This document shows positions 62,399 to 64,000 of a stretch of DNA of 64,000 nucleotides, piece after piece. A program made the translations under genes and the position numbers. The DNA comes from Asterias rubens. Its lineage: Eukaryota. Position 1 is the first letter of the stretch; each line of letters opens with the position of its first letter. The notes under the pieces were generated by a model. That model searched no databases. It saw nothing but the letters and a program-made list of their open reading frames with translations, and had not been told where the DNA came from. The stretch is taken from positions 1,426,001 to 1,490,000 of the forward strand of contig NC_047076.1 in assembly GCF_902459465.1 (NCBI RefSeq), given 5' to 3'.

Positions 62399-62789
62399 TT
62401 AAAGGATCACGTTGCCTTGGATCGGACGAGTTGGTGTACAAAAAGCGTTTGTAACCGTTAGTTATAAAATGCATTATGATTGGAAAGATGTTTTAAAAGT
62501 AGAATACAATGATCCACAAAAATTTGCCTCGAAATTGCGTGGTTTTCCTTCCTTTGCGAACTAACATGGTCGGCCATTTATGGGAGTCAAACATTTGACT
62601 CCCATAAATGGCCGAACGTGCTTGTCGACGAGGTAAAAGGAAAACCGTGCACTTTCGAGGCATGTTTTTGTGGATCATTGTATTCTACTTTTACAACATA
62701 TTTCTAACCATATATGCATTTTATAACAAACGGTTTCAAACGCTTTTTATAGACCAACTCGCCCGATCCAAGGCAACGTGTTCCTTTAA
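62399..62789. mobile_element. Kolobok-like MITE, family C
   Basis: Second copy of 48695-49085 with TTAA flanks. Confidence 0.85.
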
Positions 62790-64000
62790 TAATTTTTAGG
62801 ACTGAGCGATTTACAAATGCAAAAACATCGCTGTAATGGGATATTTTAAGTGTATTTATGTTTTGGCGGTCTGTACAAGCGTCAGTATAGAGTTTGTACC
62901 TCTCGAGTTTTGGGAATGAGGATGTAGAACATTCAAACCGGGGACGTGTAAATGAGGACAATCCACGGCTAGGGATAGGTCCACTGAGTTAGAAAACGTG
63001 TACAAAACCAATAGGAGCTGAACATGAGGTCGCAGGCGTATTTATACAAGCTTGGGTGTTCTGGTTGCTTGTTAAAAAAATCCATTGCAATTATTGATAG
63101 CCTATAATTAGAGGTCATAACAGTATCCTTTGCTTCATTTTGAAACATGTCACTCACAATAGAAATGTTGCATTTCCATGGTAACTATCGCGTAGAGATA
63201 GTCGGGGTCTATATGATTTTTTTCTTCAGCGAAGATATTTTTTTTTCTGGCATTGAAGATTGTTGACTAATCTTGCAGCAGGCCTGCCTGAAATTACACG
63301 GGTGTCAAGGCCACGGCCTCTGTTGCCCTGGTTTCGTGTGCCATAGGGTTTCCGAGACTTCATAAGTTCAAATTGCTTGCGAAAATTTGACTAATATTTT
63401 GCTCTAGTTACGAACATTTCAGAATTGAAAAAAAAAAAAAAATGAATGAAAAAGTAAAAAAATAAAATAAATGCATAATCTGTGATATTTTTGATTAAAT
63501 TATTTCTAAAAAAAGAAAAAGACAAAACAACAAACTTGTTGCACAGTAGCCTAATTCTGTTGTGCTTTCGAGGCCTAACAAAATATTAAAATACTTCAGG
63601 CCTGAAGCCTTTATTTGAGTGAGAAATTACCTCTTTCTCAAGAACATTATAGCTCCGTATACCAAGTAAGTTTGTATGCTAACAGGTTTGAGTTACTACA
63701 CACAGTGTCCAGTTTTATAGGCATATACACGGGCTCTCACAATTTCTGTACAAGTTGGCCATGGTATAGAATTGCATGCGTGATTTTTTTTTTCGGCGTT
63801 TGAGTCAAACTTGTAATCAGACTCTTTTGATAAAACAAATTGTAGGCCTATCTGAGGTCGATTACTAGATCGGGGTATAAAACGAACGGGGCAGCATTCA
63901 ACTTGATGAGGAAGAAAAAACTAATTTTAATTTTGTTGATTTTAAACCCCAAAGCGATTCAGTGTAGGCATATTTGTCCGTTTTTCTTTACCGAAATAAC

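Overview
AT-rich, repeat-dense animal DNA, most likely an echinoderm such as a sea star (inferred from composition and repeat style, not verified). It is not prokaryotic, and most short ORFs in the track are artefacts. Three genes can be supported. (1) A minus-strand IA-2/PTPRN-family receptor phosphatase-like gene: nine exons from ATG 44919 to 9585, about 481 codons covering signal peptide, RESP18-like Cys region, acidic pro-region and the start of the ectodomain. I found no further exon, so the rest probably lies left of the window. (2) A complete nine-exon minus-strand DNAJC1 (55967-48322, 537 aa; J domain with HPD, TM segment, two SANT domains). (3) A single-ORF plus-strand gene (58079-59497, 472 aa), head-to-head with DNAJC1, whose C-terminus resembles the SKIDA1/EPOP C-terminal region but which has no SKI/DACH domain. 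Introns are filled with TTAA-flanked Kolobok-like MITEs, CWG-flanked Harbinger-like MITEs, a hAT MITE, tRNA-derived SINEs, Penelope-type ends with hammerhead-like cores, palindromes, and tandem repeats, several visibly born from interspersed elements. Best leads: the invertebrate SKIDA1/EPOP-like gene with vertebrate-like linkage to DNAJC1, and a fold-back Penelope end carrying a minimal hammerhead-like motif.
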